From positions 96,001-160,000 of the forward strand of contig JAYTHY010000046.1 in the NCBI GenBank assembly GCA_043732185.1: 64,000 bases of DNA. Direction: 5' to 3'. The position numbers and the translations under genes are program-made. This DNA is from Fibrobacteria bacterium. Lineage in GTDB: Bacteria > Fibrobacterota > Fibrobacteria > UBA11236. Within the stretch, counting starts at the first letter, position 1. The number at the start of each line of letters is the position of its first letter. The notes below the pieces were generated by a model. The model had not been told where the DNA came from, ran no database searches, and worked only from the letters and a program-made list of their open reading frames with translations. Positions 39,711 to 51,309 of the stretch are shown here, piece after piece.

Positions 39711-40469
39711 TCATATTCCCATGCCCCCATCGATTCCAAAAACTTGACCGCTTAAATATCCCGATTCCCGTGCCGATAAAAAAGCCACCAGGGCGGCCAC
39801 TTCCGATGCAGTGCCCATTCGGCCCATGGGAATGCTTCGCAGGATTTCCGTTTTCTGGTCTTCACTTAAAACTTGCGTCATATCCGAATCGATAAATCCC
39901 GGCGCCACGGCATTGCATGTGATATTCCGCGAGGCAATTTCCTTGGCACAACTTTTAGTAAATCCAATTATACCCGCCTTGGACGCGGCATAGTTGGCCT
40001 GTCCGGCCTGGCCATGGACACCCACAATAGAGGTGAGATTGATTATCCTGCCGTACTTTTGCTTGACCAAAGATCGCAATAGAGCCTTGGTGCATAAGAA
40101 AACGGATTTCAAATTGATGCGCACAACCTCGTCAAAATCCTCGTCCTTCATGCGGAGCAGCAAGCCGTCACGGGTGATGCCGGCATTGTTGATCAGGATT
40201 TCCACTGTGGGAGATTCCTTTAAGATGGCCGCAAAGGTTTCGTTGACCGAAGTGCTATCCCCTACATCTGCGGCCCAGCCCTTGGCTTCGCAGCCGGTTT
40301 CCGAAATGAGGCGAGTTGTAGCCGACTGGATCCCTTCAGCATTTCTAGCTATGAGATGCAGTTTGGCTCCGGACCGGGCGAGACGCTCGGCAATGGCATA
40401 TCCCAAACCCCGGCTGGCCCCGGTTACAATGGCCGTTTGACTGGAAAGACTTAAAAAATCCGTTGCCAT
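39711..40469 (-). CDS. fabG: 3-oxoacyl-ACP reductase
   Basis: TGASRGLG, NNAGITRDGL and YAASK; start set at MATDF, just after the fabD stop. Confidence 0.95.
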   Translation of the reverse strand: MATDFLSLSSQTAIVTGASRGLGYAIAERLARSGAKLHLIARNAEGIQSATTRLISETGCEAKGWAADVGDSTSVNETFAAILKESPTVEILINNAGITRDGLLLRMKDEDFDEVVRINLKSVFLCTKALLRSLVKQKYGRIINLTSIVGVHGQAGQANYAASKAGIIGFTKSCAKEIASRNITCNAVAPGFIDSDMTQVLSEDQKTEILRSIPMGRMGTASEVAALVAFLSARESGYLSGQVFGIDGGMGI

Positions 40470-40476
40470 TGTCTCT

Positions 40477-41412
40477 TTATCCTTTCGAAGCGCCCTGGAG
40501 GCGTTCGATTTCTTCCCAGGATTCCACCGGGGTAACTTTAAGGTCACGGCTGATGCTACGGGCCAATCCCATCAGCACCTTACCGGGTCCGATTTCCAAA
40601 GCTTCGGTACAACCGAGGCTCATGGCGTTTTGTATGGATTCCACCCAGCGTACGGGTGAAGTCAACTGGCGCAGCAACATGGTTCGGATCGTTTCCGGAT
40701 CCGTAAAGGGTTGCGCTTCCACATTACTGATCAGCGGCACTTGCGGCGCAGTAATTTTGACTTGAGCCAAACCGGCTTTAAGACCAGGCACTGCGAATTC
40801 CATTAATGGAGAGTGAAAGGCGCCGCTTACCGCCAACATCACCACTTTTTTTGCTCCAGCAGCTTCGGCGAGTTCGGCTGCAGCTTTTACACCCGCCACA
40901 CTGCCGGACAGCACAATTTGCGAAGGACTGTTGAAATTGGCTGCCACCACCATTCCAGCTGAGGCGGCTTGCTGCAAAACGTCGTTTAACTTCGCTGTAT
41001 CCAAGCCCAATACCGCCGCCATGGATCCGGGGCTTTTGTCACCGGCTTGAGCCATGAGTTGTCCGCGCAACTGAACGACACGCAGTCCAGACTCAAAATC
41101 AAACGCACCTGCGGCGCAAAGGGCCGAGTATTCTCCTAAGGAATGTCCAGCTACATAATCGAAAGTGATTCCGGCCTTTCGCACCGCTTCCATAGCCATT
41201 ATGGAAACGGTAAAAATGGCGGGCTGGGTAATATCAGTGCGGGTGAGTTTGGCTTCTGGACCATTTCGAAGGATATCCCCTAGATCAAAGCCTAGAACCT
41301 GATTGGCTTTCTCCAACACTTCCCTGGCTGGAGCAAAGGTTTCCGCCAAAAGTTTTCCCATGCCTACATACTGGGACCCTTGACCTGGAAAAAGCAAGAT
41401 GCGCTTCGACAT
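40477..41412 (-). CDS. fabD: Malonyl-CoA:ACP transacylase
   Basis: FPGQGSQ, GHSLGEY and VSGAFHS. Confidence 0.96.
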   Translation of the reverse strand: MSKRILLFPGQGSQYVGMGKLLAETFAPAREVLEKANQVLGFDLGDILRNGPEAKLTRTDITQPAIFTVSIMAMEAVRKAGITFDYVAGHSLGEYSALCAAGAFDFESGLRVVQLRGQLMAQAGDKSPGSMAAVLGLDTAKLNDVLQQAASAGMVVAANFNSPSQIVLSGSVAGVKAAAELAEAAGAKKVVMLAVSGAFHSPLMEFAVPGLKAGLAQVKITAPQVPLISNVEAQPFTDPETIRTMLLRQLTSPVRWVESIQNAMSLGCTEALEIGPGKVLMGLARSISRDLKVTPVESWEEIERLQGASKG

Positions 41413-41471
41413 TATTTCACCTGCTGCTCAAGTTCAAACATATTCATTTTTGGTTTTAAAAATCGCGGTGA

Positions 41472-42428
41472 TTACCAGCGCAATAAATTGCATCCCCAAG
41501 ACATGCCACCACCCACAGCAGCCAACGCTACCAGCTTTCCTGGTTGCAGCAAGCCCTTGGCTTCCGCATCACACAAAGCTAAGGGAATGGACGCCGATGA
41601 AGTGTTTCCAAATCGATCCACATTGACAATTACTTTTTCCGGGGGCAAGCCAAGCCTATCGGCAATGGCATTCAGTATGCGGACATTGGCCTGATGGAGA
41701 ACCAAAAGATCCAAATCCTTAACCGCGTATCCAGCCTTCGCAACAGTCGATTCCACGATCTCGGAAATGACGGTGACAGCTGCTTTAAAAACCTGTTTGC
41801 CATCCATATACATACCGCGTACGCCCCGTTCATCGGGTGTGCAGCCCAGATATAAAAAATCTGCTTGTCTTCCATCGCTCTTGAGTTGGGACAGGAGAAC
41901 ACCGCGTTCCTTAGGACCCGCGCTCACCACTACGGCACCGGCCGCATCACCAAAAAGGATGCAAGTATTTCGATCCGACCAATCCAAAACCGGTGAAAGA
42001 ATTTCAGTTCCGATGACGAGAATGTTTTTTGCCTGCCCGGATTCGACAAGCAATGCCGCCATGTTGAATCCAAATACGAAACCGGCGCAAGCGGCGGTTA
42101 CATCGAAAGCGAAGGCATTGTGAGCCCCCAACTTGGCTTGAATAAAACAAGCCGTGGCCGGAAACTGCTTATCAGGATTGATGTTCGCGCAAATGATGCC
42201 GTCGATTTCTTCCGGCTTGACGCCTGCCTTGGCCATAGCCCCTTGAGCCGCCGCTGCGCCGAAGTCAGACGCCACCAAAGTGGAATCCTCGGGTAGGATG
42301 CGCCGCTGCTTGATTCCGGTGCGGGTGGTTATCCACTCGTCGGTTGTATCCACCAATTTTTCAATCTGCGCATTCGTGACAATGTTCTCGGGATAATACA
42401 CCCCAATGCCTCGAATGATGGCGCCCAT
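41472..42428 (-). CDS. fabH: 3-oxoacyl-ACP synthase III
   Basis: WITTRTGI, AACAGF, HQAN and GNTSSAS. Confidence 0.96.
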   Translation of the reverse strand: MGAIIRGIGVYYPENIVTNAQIEKLVDTTDEWITTRTGIKQRRILPEDSTLVASDFGAAAAQGAMAKAGVKPEEIDGIICANINPDKQFPATACFIQAKLGAHNAFAFDVTAACAGFVFGFNMAALLVESGQAKNILVIGTEILSPVLDWSDRNTCILFGDAAGAVVVSAGPKERGVLLSQLKSDGRQADFLYLGCTPDERGVRGMYMDGKQVFKAAVTVISEIVESTVAKAGYAVKDLDLLVLHQANVRILNAIADRLGLPPEKVIVNVDRFGNTSSASIPLALCDAEAKGLLQPGKLVALAAVGGGMSWGCNLLRW

Positions 42429-43390
42429 CAGACCACCTGATTCAATTTAGCTGCGATTTTTTCGGCAACTTTATTATTCGCCAGGCGATAGGCGAGATCC
42501 AATCCGTTCTTGATGACCTTGGCATTGGCCCGGCCATGCGTGATGAGGCCGGTACCATTGAGTCCCAGCAACATCGCTGCGCCAAAATTGGCGTAATCCC
42601 AATCTTGGTGAAATTGTTTCCCAGCCGGAGTCTCAATTTTTCCAAAAGTTTTGAGATGGTATTCGTAGAAACCTTCCATCAATTTCAGCACCACATTGCC
42701 GGTATAGCCAGGCGTCACCACAACATCCGGCGCATCATTCATCAAGTCACGGCCTTCCACATTGCCAATGAAGTTGATGGGCGCTTGTTTCAATAGCTGA
42801 TGGGCTTCTTGCAACACCTCAGTGCCTTTTTTTTCTTCCTCACCCATGTTAAGGAGGCCTACAGTGGGATTTTTACGGCCGAGCATTTCTTCCGAATAAA
42901 TACTGCCACAAATGCCAAAGGCCACCAGGGTGCTGGCTTTTTCATCCACATTGGCACCGCAATCGAGCAGGGTGACTTTTTTGCCGAAGGAAGGTACGTC
43001 GCAGGCGATGGCGGGTCGAGGAATCCCTCCGACGCGGCCGAGAACCATCAGGCACGCAGCCATCATGGCGCCGGAATTTCCCGCACTAATACTGGCATGG
43101 ACCAAACCCGCTTTTTGCAGGCTGACGCAAGTCATTAATCCGGAATTTTGTTTGGTCTTGAGAACAACTGTGGGCGAATCACCCATGGCTACGATATCGG
43201 GCGCATGCACGATTTCCATGCCCGCACCATCGTACCCAAAAGCCGCTAACTGTGCTTTAATGACATCCTCGGGGCCGACCAGCAGTATCTGGAATTTCCC
43301 CTGGTTTTCTTTGGCCGCGAGTATGGCACCTTCAACGATAGCCGCAGGTGCATTATCGCCACCCATGGCATCCAAGGCAACTTTGATCAC
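42428..43390 (-). CDS. plsX: Phosphate acyltransferase PlsX
   Basis: ALDAMGGDNAP, SAGNSGA, LDCGAN and FIGNVEG; GTG start. Confidence 0.95.
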   Translation of the reverse strand: MIKVALDAMGGDNAPAAIVEGAILAAKENQGKFQILLVGPEDVIKAQLAAFGYDGAGMEIVHAPDIVAMGDSPTVVLKTKQNSGLMTCVSLQKAGLVHASISAGNSGAMMAACLMVLGRVGGIPRPAIACDVPSFGKKVTLLDCGANVDEKASTLVAFGICGSIYSEEMLGRKNPTVGLLNMGEEEKKGTEVLQEAHQLLKQAPINFIGNVEGRDLMNDAPDVVVTPGYTGNVVLKLMEGFYEYHLKTFGKIETPAGKQFHQDWDYANFGAAMLLGLNGTGLITHGRANAKVIKNGLDLAYRLANNKVAEKIAAKLNQVV

Positions 43391-43400
43391 GGTTTAGGCC

Positions 43401-43580
43401 TTATTCGACCGGCTGGCGGACTTCCATACCCGCGTAATAGCCGCAATTTGCGCAAACCCGATGCGAGATCTTGATCTGTCCACAATGCGAACATTTCGCG
43501 ACCGCAGGAGCTGTCAATTTCCAATGCGTTTTACGCTTGTCGCGACGGGCTGTTGATGTTTTTCGCTTAGGTACTGCCAT
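43401..43580 (-). CDS. rpmF: 50S ribosomal protein L32, Zn-ribbon form (absent from the ORF track)
   Basis: Hand translation: MAVPKRKTSTARRDKRKTHWKLTAPAVAKCSHCGQIKISHRVCANCGYYAGMEVRQPVE; GGAG RBS. Confidence 0.96.
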   Translation of the reverse strand: MAVPKRKTSTARRDKRKTHWKLTAPAVAKCSHCGQIKISHRVCANCGYYAGMEVRQPVE

Positions 43581-43638
43581 TTTCGACTCCAGTCAAAGTT
43601 ACGTCCAAATCAATCGAGATCCACGTCTCCCGAACTTC

Positions 43639-44184
43639 TTAACCCGCCGCTCCATTGGAGTCATGCGGATTTTTAAGATCCTTGAGTTTAGCCCACCTGG
43701 GATCCACCCTATCCTTTTTAACTGCCTCTGCCTGGAATGCTTGACGGTTGCATTGTAAGCAACGGTCTTTATCATCCAGTGATGGCAGTGGATGCAAATT
43801 GTAGTTGAGAATAATCTGCTCGGCAATTGGATGTTCCAGCGGAATATCCAGAATATCAGGCCCTACCTGGACCAAATATTCTTCAACGCCTAAGTCCTCA
43901 TTCTCTTCCCACTTAAGTCCCTGCGTCTCTTTCTTTTCTACAAGCAATCTCAGCTTGACCTGAAAGGCCCCGGTGAGTTTGTCCAAGCACCTTCCACAGT
44001 CCAAGGTGATAGACCCACGGATGACCATTTCATAGAGATGGCTCGTTACCGTTGGAATCGACTTGACTTTAGCCGTAAGTTCACCGCCACAGCCTAGATC
44101 GACCAGTTCCGGAAAATCCTCGCTTTTGGCTTGGAGAGTGAACTCCGTAGGCGCATTGCCTGTTGTATTTAGAGAGAGTAGCAA
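43639..44184 (-). CDS. yceD: YceD/DUF177 family protein
   Basis: CGRCL and C-terminal DPRWAKLKDL; canonical position upstream of rpmF. Confidence 0.85.
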   Translation of the reverse strand: MLLSLNTTGNAPTEFTLQAKSEDFPELVDLGCGGELTAKVKSIPTVTSHLYEMVIRGSITLDCGRCLDKLTGAFQVKLRLLVEKKETQGLKWEENEDLGVEEYLVQVGPDILDIPLEHPIAEQIILNYNLHPLPSLDDKDRCLQCNRQAFQAEAVKKDRVDPRWAKLKDLKNPHDSNGAAG

Positions 44185-44293
44185 AACGAGGGATAAAGTA
44201 AGAAGAACGGGCGAAAACCGTCAATTAATAGGCGCCGATTTCTTTTATATTTACCTGTCGACCTGCCCATTTTTGGCCCCGAAGGCGAGCCTG

Positions 44294-45472
44294 ATGCTTT
44301 TTTCCCCAATTTCCCTTTTTTTGGGAGCTGCCAATGCCATCTATGCGGGCTTGAATTTAAAGCTTTTACAGGGTTTGGGAAATTTGGCCCGACCGACTTC
44401 TAATGGGCAACCAGGGACTTCTAATGGGCTGTCAGGTTTAACGTCCCCATTGGTAACCATTCTTATCGCCGCTCGAAATGAGGAGTTGCGTATTTCCAAA
44501 TGCCTCGATTGCCTCATGGTCCAAGACTATCAAGCGGACCGGCTCCAAATCATTATTGTCGATGATCGGTCCACGGACAAAACCGCCGATGTCCTAAATG
44601 GGTATGCGGACCGTTGGCCCGGCCGCCTGACCGTGGTACAATTGACCGAAACCAGACCCGGCCTTAGCCCAAAAAAATATGCCTTGAGTGTGGGGATGGA
44701 ACAGGCAACTGGGGAACTTATTCTGACTACAGATGCGGATTGCGTTCTGTCCAAATCCTGGGTGTCCACTATCGTGTCGGAATTCGCACCCAATACTGGG
44801 CTGGTTTTGGGTATGACCAGTTATTACTCTATCGGCCCTAAAAGTATGGCTTGGGGCGTTCAAGCCCTTGAATTCATTTCTTACGGGATAGTGGCGTCGG
44901 CGCTCATAGGCCTACGCTTCCCCATTCACGGCAATGCCAACAATATTGCGTACCGGCGTAAAGTGTATGCAGAAGCGGCCGGCTTCGCCACGCATGCGAA
45001 TATTGTAAGCGGGGACGATGACTTTCTCATCCAATCCATTCATAAATTAGGCCGCTGGAAAATCCGATACTCCATTCATCCGCAAAGCCAAGTGGAAACA
45101 GAACCGCCCTTATCCTTGCATCAGTTTTGGGAACAAAGAAAACGTTGGGCCAGCAAATGCAGCTTTTATGAACCCAAACAAGCCCTCTTTCTTGCTGGGA
45201 TTTTTGCGTATTATTCTCTAATACCGGCTTGCATTGTGCTGGGGCTATTCAACAAAACGTATCTCGTGATGGGCTTAGCCAGCTTTTTCATCAAGACCGG
45301 CATGGACTATCTGGTCATGCGTCGCGGCCTAAGAATTTTTTCAAAGGTTGAATTGCTGCACTGGTTTCCGATAACCTGTTTGGTCCATATCCCCGTAATT
45401 CTCGCCGCTGTACTGGTTGGCAGTTTCGGTGATTTTACTTGGAAGGGACAACGCGTCAAGCGGAAACTGTAG
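44294..45472 (+). CDS. Membrane-bound GT2 family glycosyltransferase
   Basis: ILIAARNEE, VDDRSTDKT, TTDADC, SGDDD and QRKRW; N- and C-terminal TM helices. Start set at the ATG at 44294. Confidence 0.9.
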   Translation: MLFSPISLFLGAANAIYAGLNLKLLQGLGNLARPTSNGQPGTSNGLSGLTSPLVTILIAARNEELRISKCLDCLMVQDYQADRLQIIIVDDRSTDKTADVLNGYADRWPGRLTVVQLTETRPGLSPKKYALSVGMEQATGELILTTDADCVLSKSWVSTIVSEFAPNTGLVLGMTSYYSIGPKSMAWGVQALEFISYGIVASALIGLRFPIHGNANNIAYRRKVYAEAAGFATHANIVSGDDDFLIQSIHKLGRWKIRYSIHPQSQVETEPPLSLHQFWEQRKRWASKCSFYEPKQALFLAGIFAYYSLIPACIVLGLFNKTYLVMGLASFFIKTGMDYLVMRRGLRIFSKVELLHWFPITCLVHIPVILAAVLVGSFGDFTWKGQRVKRKL

Positions 45473-45496
45473 TTGCTTTTCCCAGTTTGGGACGGG

Positions 45497-45940
45497 CTAC
45501 TCCACTGTTACCGTAGCTTTGGCGGTACCGGTTTTTTCCAATCCAATTTTATGCGCTGCCGCTGGGGAAAGGTCCAAAATGCGACTTGATGAAAAAGGAC
45601 CTCGATCATTTACCTCTACAATAACGCTTTTCCCATTCTCAAGATTTGTGACTTTTACCTTGGAATGGAATGGCAAGGTGCGGTGGGCTGCAGTGAAGGC
45701 GTTCTTGTTGAACAACTCTCCACTGGCTGTTTTACGACCATGGAATTTGTCGGCATAAAAGGAAACCATGCCTGTCTCCGTGTATCCCGCTGCGCGAGGG
45801 CGGGTGGCGGAGGGATAGCCGCTCATACCACGATCATATCCAGGTCTAACGGGCGTTTTATGGGATGCACAGCCTATCCAAAATAGGCAAGCCAGACCGG
45901 CTAAAACCGGCCTAAGGCCCTGATTAATACTGATCCACAT
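45497..45940 (-). CDS. rlpA: RlpA family septal ring lytic transglycosylase lipoprotein
   Basis: Lipobox [30 protein letters not shown] and DLSPAAA. Confidence 0.92.
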   Translation of the reverse strand: MWISINQGLRPVLAGLACLFWIGCASHKTPVRPGYDRGMSGYPSATRPRAAGYTETGMVSFYADKFHGRKTASGELFNKNAFTAAHRTLPFHSKVKVTNLENGKSVIVEVNDRGPFSSSRILDLSPAAAHKIGLEKTGTAKATVTVE

Positions 45941-47927
45941 TATCGTAGCCGTTGTCCAATTCTTCCTTGGTCTTGCCCTCTGGCACTATGGTAGAACTGT
46001 CCACGACAGGTGTTGATTCCGGCGAAGGGTGTGAGCCGCCTTCTCCAGAATAGCCATGGCCATAATGTTCAGAATTGGGGTTGGGCTTGCCCTGAATCGG
46101 TGGAACACCGCCAGTTGCGCTGCCTGTTCCAGCTGGAACCGTACCATTTACTGGAGCCGCCACTGCCGGTGTTCCCGGTTTCGGCTGGACGGTTTTTGGG
46201 CGCGACTGAATACCCGCAGCAGCCAATTTGGCGTCCGCCATTGTAAAATAGGGTGTTTGCGGATAATGTTCACGGACCAAGGAATAGGCATTAACGGCGG
46301 AATCGCGGGAACCGACCACTTTTTCTTCCCCGCGGTTCAATTGGTCATAAATCATGGCAATCACAAATTGGGCTTTAGCGGCTTCATGCGTTTTTCCGTA
46401 GACGGATACCACTTTGGCATAAGCGGGAACAACGGTGGCAATGAGATCTCCACCTCCAAAGCGCAATGCTTCCGCTTCCAAAAAGATTTTATGGGCCAAA
46501 TCTTCCTCCGTTTGCACCGTTGCCTTAAGGCCCAGATTGCGTTCCGCCTGTTTGGCGTATTCCGTGCTCGGGAACTTGTTGAGTACAAATTGGTATAAGG
46601 AATCACCGGTTGGCTTGGAGTGCTTGAACTCCTCTTGGATAAAGGCTCGCGCGTAGGCAGCACGCATGCTGTGGTTGGAATCCTGGCGTGGATCTTTTAC
46701 GATGCGATCCAAATGCCCTAAGGCACTGTCGACATTGTCCAGATTGAAAAGAAACAATTCCGCGATCATGAAATCACGATAATGGACCGGTGCCGCTGCC
46801 GTGTCCGTGGACTTGCGAAAATCAGCCAGGCGAGTGAGTGCCTTGGAACGCTCGGACCCTTTGGCTCCAAACTCAAATTGAATGCCTGCAGCTTCTGCGG
46901 AATCAAAAAAAACTTTAGCCGCTTTCTCCTGTTTGAGATCTGTCAATTGATACATGCCCAGGCGATAAAAAGCTTCCGCAGAATTGGCCGATTTGGGGGA
47001 GAGTTTCGGTACCTGCAGGAGCAAGGCTATAGCCTTATCAGGCTTGCCAATCTGAAAATATCCCTCCGCCAGCTTGAGATTGATTTCGGAAAAGTAGGGC
47101 GAGAAAAGCCGATTCTTGAGCATTGCTTCCAATTCAGTTATTCCGTCTTGGCCACGACCCATGCGATACAGGCATTCCGCCGCCAGCATGTCACATCGAT
47201 ACCGCAGCTTGGTAGGCAGATATTTGATTTCCACAGCGCGTACATGATTCCTGGCTCGTTCCCATTGTTCCAGTTTCCAGGCCAGCTTTGCTGCTTCATA
47301 GTGAACCTGCGCTTTAGCTTCTGGAGTGCGGGCCTGTTCCTGTAAAAGTTTTTCATACAGTTCCAACGCCACAGATGGAGAATCATTTTTGACTTCGAGC
47401 TGTGCCAAAAAGCCTAATGTCACGGCTCGCACATCCGGATCTTTGGTCGTAGCCAATACTTTTTCCAATGCCGTAAGGGCGAACGGGTATTGCCCATTCA
47501 GGAATAGGCATTTGGCGCGATGGAATTCAGCCACCTGAATCTCTTCTGCCTTGGGATAAAAGCGTTGCAACTCTTCGTACTTGAGAATGGCTTTGCCATA
47601 TTCGCCCATGGCAAGGTAAGACTCGCCGATCAAGAACAGCGACTTGGGTTGATATTTTATTTCCGTGGAATAGAGCTCCAGGACTTTGGAAGCCTTGGCG
47701 ATACTCCGCTCCAGCTTAACCTTTTCTTCCGGTGAGGCGATGATCGAATCCTCCGGATTCTTGTCCAGCCGTTTGTCATGCATGCGCATGGCCTGATCAT
47801 AAGCTTTCTGCGCGTTGAAATAGGTATTGAAATAAACGCACCCGCCGAGACCAAAAACTAGGACGGGGAGGCATAGTCGGACCAGGCCTAAAAAAAAGCC
47901 AGGTGGTTTTGCGAGGTAGCGGGCCAT
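45924..47927 (-). CDS. Tetratricopeptide-repeat outer-membrane lipoprotein (BamD/SprE-PorW-like)
   Basis: Lipobox LGGC followed by VYFNTYFNA; many TPR-like helices (YPKA, FPST, YPQT turns). Start 47927 or 47966. Confidence 0.8.
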   Translation of the reverse strand: MARYLAKPPGFFLGLVRLCLPVLVFGLGGCVYFNTYFNAQKAYDQAMRMHDKRLDKNPEDSIIASPEEKVKLERSIAKASKVLELYSTEIKYQPKSLFLIGESYLAMGEYGKAILKYEELQRFYPKAEEIQVAEFHRAKCLFLNGQYPFALTALEKVLATTKDPDVRAVTLGFLAQLEVKNDSPSVALELYEKLLQEQARTPEAKAQVHYEAAKLAWKLEQWERARNHVRAVEIKYLPTKLRYRCDMLAAECLYRMGRGQDGITELEAMLKNRLFSPYFSEINLKLAEGYFQIGKPDKAIALLLQVPKLSPKSANSAEAFYRLGMYQLTDLKQEKAAKVFFDSAEAAGIQFEFGAKGSERSKALTRLADFRKSTDTAAAPVHYRDFMIAELFLFNLDNVDSALGHLDRIVKDPRQDSNHSMRAAYARAFIQEEFKHSKPTGDSLYQFVLNKFPSTEYAKQAERNLGLKATVQTEEDLAHKIFLEAEALRFGGGDLIATVVPAYAKVVSVYGKTHEAAKAQFVIAMIYDQLNRGEEKVVGSRDSAVNAYSLVREHYPQTPYFTMADAKLAAAGIQSRPKTVQPKPGTPAVAAPVNGTVPAGTGSATGGVPPIQGKPNPNSEHYGHGYSGEGGSHPSPESTPVVDSSTIVPEGKTKEELDNGYDNVDQY

Positions 47928-48048
47928 GGTATTCTGCACTAGGATATAGTGTACGAATTTAGCCATGGGGAGTCACGGATGGACGGGCAGCGGCACTGGC
48001 CCATGGAACGGGCACCGGCAAGGGCTCATGGCAAGGGCCATTGGATGA

Positions 48049-51000
48049 TTAAGCCGGAACTTGTTGGGTCGCTTCAGGAACGGGTATGCCGCTTTTTCGG
48101 TAGAACTCTTGGAGTGAACAAACATCCAGCTCTCCTCCCCTTAGCGCCTGAATGGCCTCTACAGCTGCTTCAGAAGCAGACAAGGTGGTGGTATACGGAA
48201 TCTGCGCCAATAGTGCGGCTTTGCGAATCACGCCGTCATCGTCTTTGGAAGACTTTCCTGCAGGCGTATTGATCAGAAAGGCAAATTCCTTCTTTGCGAT
48301 AAGCTCAACGACATTGGGGCGTCCCTCCGAAACCTTTTTCACGACCACGGCCGCAATGCCTTTGCTTTCTAGAATCCGGGCTGTGCCCGAAGTAGCCACG
48401 ATTTCAAATCCCATTTCCGTTAGCTTACGTGCGAGCGGCACGACCTTTTCCTTATCCCGATTATTCACCGAGATAAAGACCTTGCCATGCAAAGGGAGTG
48501 AATTTCCTGCTCCCATTTGGGCTTTTGCAAACGCCAGTCCAAAGTTGTAGTCGATGCCCATCACCTCGCCGGTGGATTTCATTTCCGGACTTAGTAACGT
48601 ATCCACGCCGTGAAATTTGGCGAAGGGGAAAACGCTTTCTTTTACCGCGATATAAGGCGGCATGCGGCTTTCCGTGAATCCCAATTCTTGCAAGGTTTTT
48701 CCCACCATGATTTTGGTGGCCAATTTGGTCAACGGAACGCCAATGGTTTTGCTGACAAAGGGAACGGTTCGGCTACCGCGCGGATTGACTTCCAGGATAT
48801 ACACCAAATCATCCTTGATGGCATATTGGATGTTCATGAGACCAATAACCTTTAGCTCTTTGGCCAAAGCGATGGTTTGACGATCCAATTCCCGCAGCAG
48901 CCGGGGCGATAAATCCTGCGGAGGCAGAATGCAGGCGGAGTCACCGGAATGAATGCCCGCCTCTTCGATATGCTGCATGATGCCGGCCACCACTACGGTA
49001 GTCCCATCCGAAATGGCGTCGACATCGACTTCCATGGCCGAATCCAAAAATTTATCCACCAGCACCGGCCGCTCCGAGGACGCTTCAACGGCTGTGGACA
49101 TGTACTTTTCCAACTCTTCCTGACTGTAAACGATCATCATCGCCCGTCCGCCCAACACAAAGGAAGGACGAATTAAAACCGGGTAGGTCAAGCCCTGCGC
49201 AATGGTTACGGCCTCCAGAGTATTGGTGGCAATGCCATGCGGGGGCTGGCGCAATCCCAGTCGTTCCACCATTTCCGAGAACAGTTTGCGATCTTCAGCA
49301 ATGTCAATGGACGTGGGAGAGGTCCCGATGATGGGCGCTTTGGCAAGCTCCAGCGGTTTGGCCAATTTGAGCGGCGTCTGACCGCCGAATTGCAGGATGA
49401 TGCCATCCGGCTGTTCCAGCTCGATGATATTGAGAATGTCTTCGCGGGTGAGCGGCTCAAAATAAAGTTTGTCGGAAGTATCGTAATCGGTGCTTACGGT
49501 TTCCGGATTGGAATTGACCATGATGGACTCATAGCCTTCTTCCTGTAACGCGAATGAAGCCTGGCAGCAGGCATAATCGAATTCGATACCCTGCCCGATT
49601 CGATTGGGTCCCCCACCTACTATGAGCACCTTTTTGCGTGGTGAACGGATGGATTCATTTTCTTCTTCATAAGTGGAATAGTGATATGGCGTGAACGCCT
49701 TGAATTCCGCCGCGCACGTGTCCACGGTTTTGTACACGGGAAGGACACGGATGTTTTTACGGTGCGTCCTTACGGCATCTTCAGAAGACTTGAGTAGAAA
49801 TCCCAACTGGTAATCGGAATAGCCCCATTGTTTGGCCTGCTTGACGATTCCATTGGATACAGTAGCCAGCGTTTGACCCAAAAGTTCCCGTTTTTCAAAC
49901 AGCACCAAATCCTGGATCTGGTTCAAGAACCATGGATCGATCATGCTCATGTCATGCAGTTTTTGCACGCTCCAGCCCAGCTCAAAGCCGCGTCGCACGG
50001 AAAGCACGCGATTGATACCGGGCCTCCGGAAGTCCAGATTATTAGGGATCTCCGCATCCGGGATTTCCTTTTTGCCATCTGCGCCCAGGCCATACCTATC
50101 GATTTCCATGGAACGCATGGCCTTCTGCAACGATTCCTTGAACGTGCGGCCGATGGCCATGGCTTCGCCCACAGACTTCATCTGCGTGCCGAGAATGGAA
50201 TCCGCTTGCGGAAATTTCTCAAAGGTAAAGCGGGGAATTTTAGTCACCACATAATCTATGGTGGGCTCGAAGCAAGCAGGCGTGACTCGGGTGATGTCGT
50301 TCAGCAATTCGTCCAGGGTATAGCCGACTGCGAGCTTGGCCGCAATTTTAGCGATGGGAAAACCCGTGGCCTTGCTGGCCAAAGCAGAACTGCGGGAGAC
50401 CCGGGGATTCATTTCGATGATGAGCATCCGACCGTCTTTGGGATTGACCGCGAATTGCACGTTGGACCCGCCGGTTTCTACGCCAATCTCGCGAATACAG
50501 GCTATGGAAGCATCGCGCATGCGCTGGTATTCTTTATCCGTCAATGTCTGCGCCGGAGCCACGGTGATGGAGTCGCCGGTGTGAATGCCCATGGCATCTA
50601 AATTCTCGATAGAACAAATGATGACCACGTTGTCAGCCTTGTCCCGCATAACTTCCATCTCGAACTCTTTCCATCCCACGATGGATTCTTCGATGAGAAC
50701 CTCGGAGGTTGGACTGAGCTGCAGGCCGCCGGCGGTAATCCGTTCAAATTCTTCCTCAGTATAGGCAAATCCGCCACCGGCTCCACCCATGGTAAACGCA
50801 GGCCGGATTACCAATGGCAAACCGATTTCGGCTTTGGCTTTGCGGGCTTCTTCAATCGTGTGCGCGACAAAAGACCGCGCGGATTCAATGCCGATTTTTT
50901 GCATGGCCACTTTGAACTGTTGGCGCGATTCCGCTTTCTCGATGGCTTCCAGGTTGGCGCCGATCATCTCGACACCGTACTTTTTTAGAATGCCGCGCTT

Positions 51001-51309
51001 GGCAAGTTCGACGGCCGTATTGAGGCCGGTCTGCCCCCCCAAAGTGGGCAAGAGTGCGTCGGGTCTTTCCTTGGCGATGATTTTCTCGCACATTTCCCAG
51101 GTTATGGGTTCAATGTAGGTGGCATCCGCCAGGCCTGGATCGGTCATGATGGTGGCCGGATTGGAGTTGATCAAGACAACTTCAAAGCCTTCTTCTTTAA
51201 GCGCTTTACAGGCCTGAGTTCCGGAATAATCGAATTCGCAAGCCTGCCCAATCACGATGGGGCCGCTGCCGATGAGCATAATCTTATGAAGGTCGGTTCT
51301 TTTGGGCAT
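48049..51309 (-). CDS. carB: Carbamoyl-phosphate synthase large subunit
   Basis: MPKRTD...[17 protein letters not shown], duplicated ATP-grasp halves and a C-terminal MGS-like domain. Confidence 0.98.
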   Translation of the reverse strand: MPKRTDLHKIMLIGSGPIVIGQACEFDYSGTQACKALKEEGFEVVLINSNPATIMTDPGLADATYIEPITWEMCEKIIAKERPDALLPTLGGQTGLNTAVELAKRGILKKYGVEMIGANLEAIEKAESRQQFKVAMQKIGIESARSFVAHTIEEARKAKAEIGLPLVIRPAFTMGGAGGGFAYTEEEFERITAGGLQLSPTSEVLIEESIVGWKEFEMEVMRDKADNVVIICSIENLDAMGIHTGDSITVAPAQTLTDKEYQRMRDASIACIREIGVETGGSNVQFAVNPKDGRMLIIEMNPRVSRSSALASKATGFPIAKIAAKLAVGYTLDELLNDITRVTPACFEPTIDYVVTKIPRFTFEKFPQADSILGTQMKSVGEAMAIGRTFKESLQKAMRSMEIDRYGLGADGKKEIPDAEIPNNLDFRRPGINRVLSVRRGFELGWSVQKLHDMSMIDPWFLNQIQDLVLFEKRELLGQTLATVSNGIVKQAKQWGYSDYQLGFLLKSSEDAVRTHRKNIRVLPVYKTVDTCAAEFKAFTPYHYSTYEEENESIRSPRKKVLIVGGGPNRIGQGIEFDYACCQASFALQEEGYESIMVNSNPETVSTDYDTSDKLYFEPLTREDILNIIELEQPDGIILQFGGQTPLKLAKPLELAKAPIIGTSPTSIDIAEDRKLFSEMVERLGLRQPPHGIATNTLEAVTIAQGLTYPVLIRPSFVLGGRAMMIVYSQEELEKYMSTAVEASSERPVLVDKFLDSAMEVDVDAISDGTTVVVAGIMQHIEEAGIHSGDSACILPPQDLSPRLLRELDRQTIALAKELKVIGLMNIQYAIKDDLVYILEVNPRGSRTVPFVSKTIGVPLTKLATKIMVGKTLQELGFTESRMPPYIAVKESVFPFAKFHGVDTLLSPEMKSTGEVMGIDYNFGLAFAKAQMGAGNSLPLHGKVFISVNNRDKEKVVPLARKLTEMGFEIVATSGTARILESKGIAAVVVKKVSEGRPNVVELIAKKEFAFLINTPAGKSSKDDDGVIRKAALLAQIPYTTTLSASEAAVEAIQALRGGELDVCSLQEFYRKSGIPVPEATQQVPA

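Noticed and set aside
44063..44293. Extended ORF-track starts (GT2 44063; also leuS 12746, fabG 40547, DUF58 62631, 15583, 54316, recG 56641)
   Set aside because: These extensions overlap neighbouring genes or promoters and precede the recognisable N-termini or RBS-supported starts.
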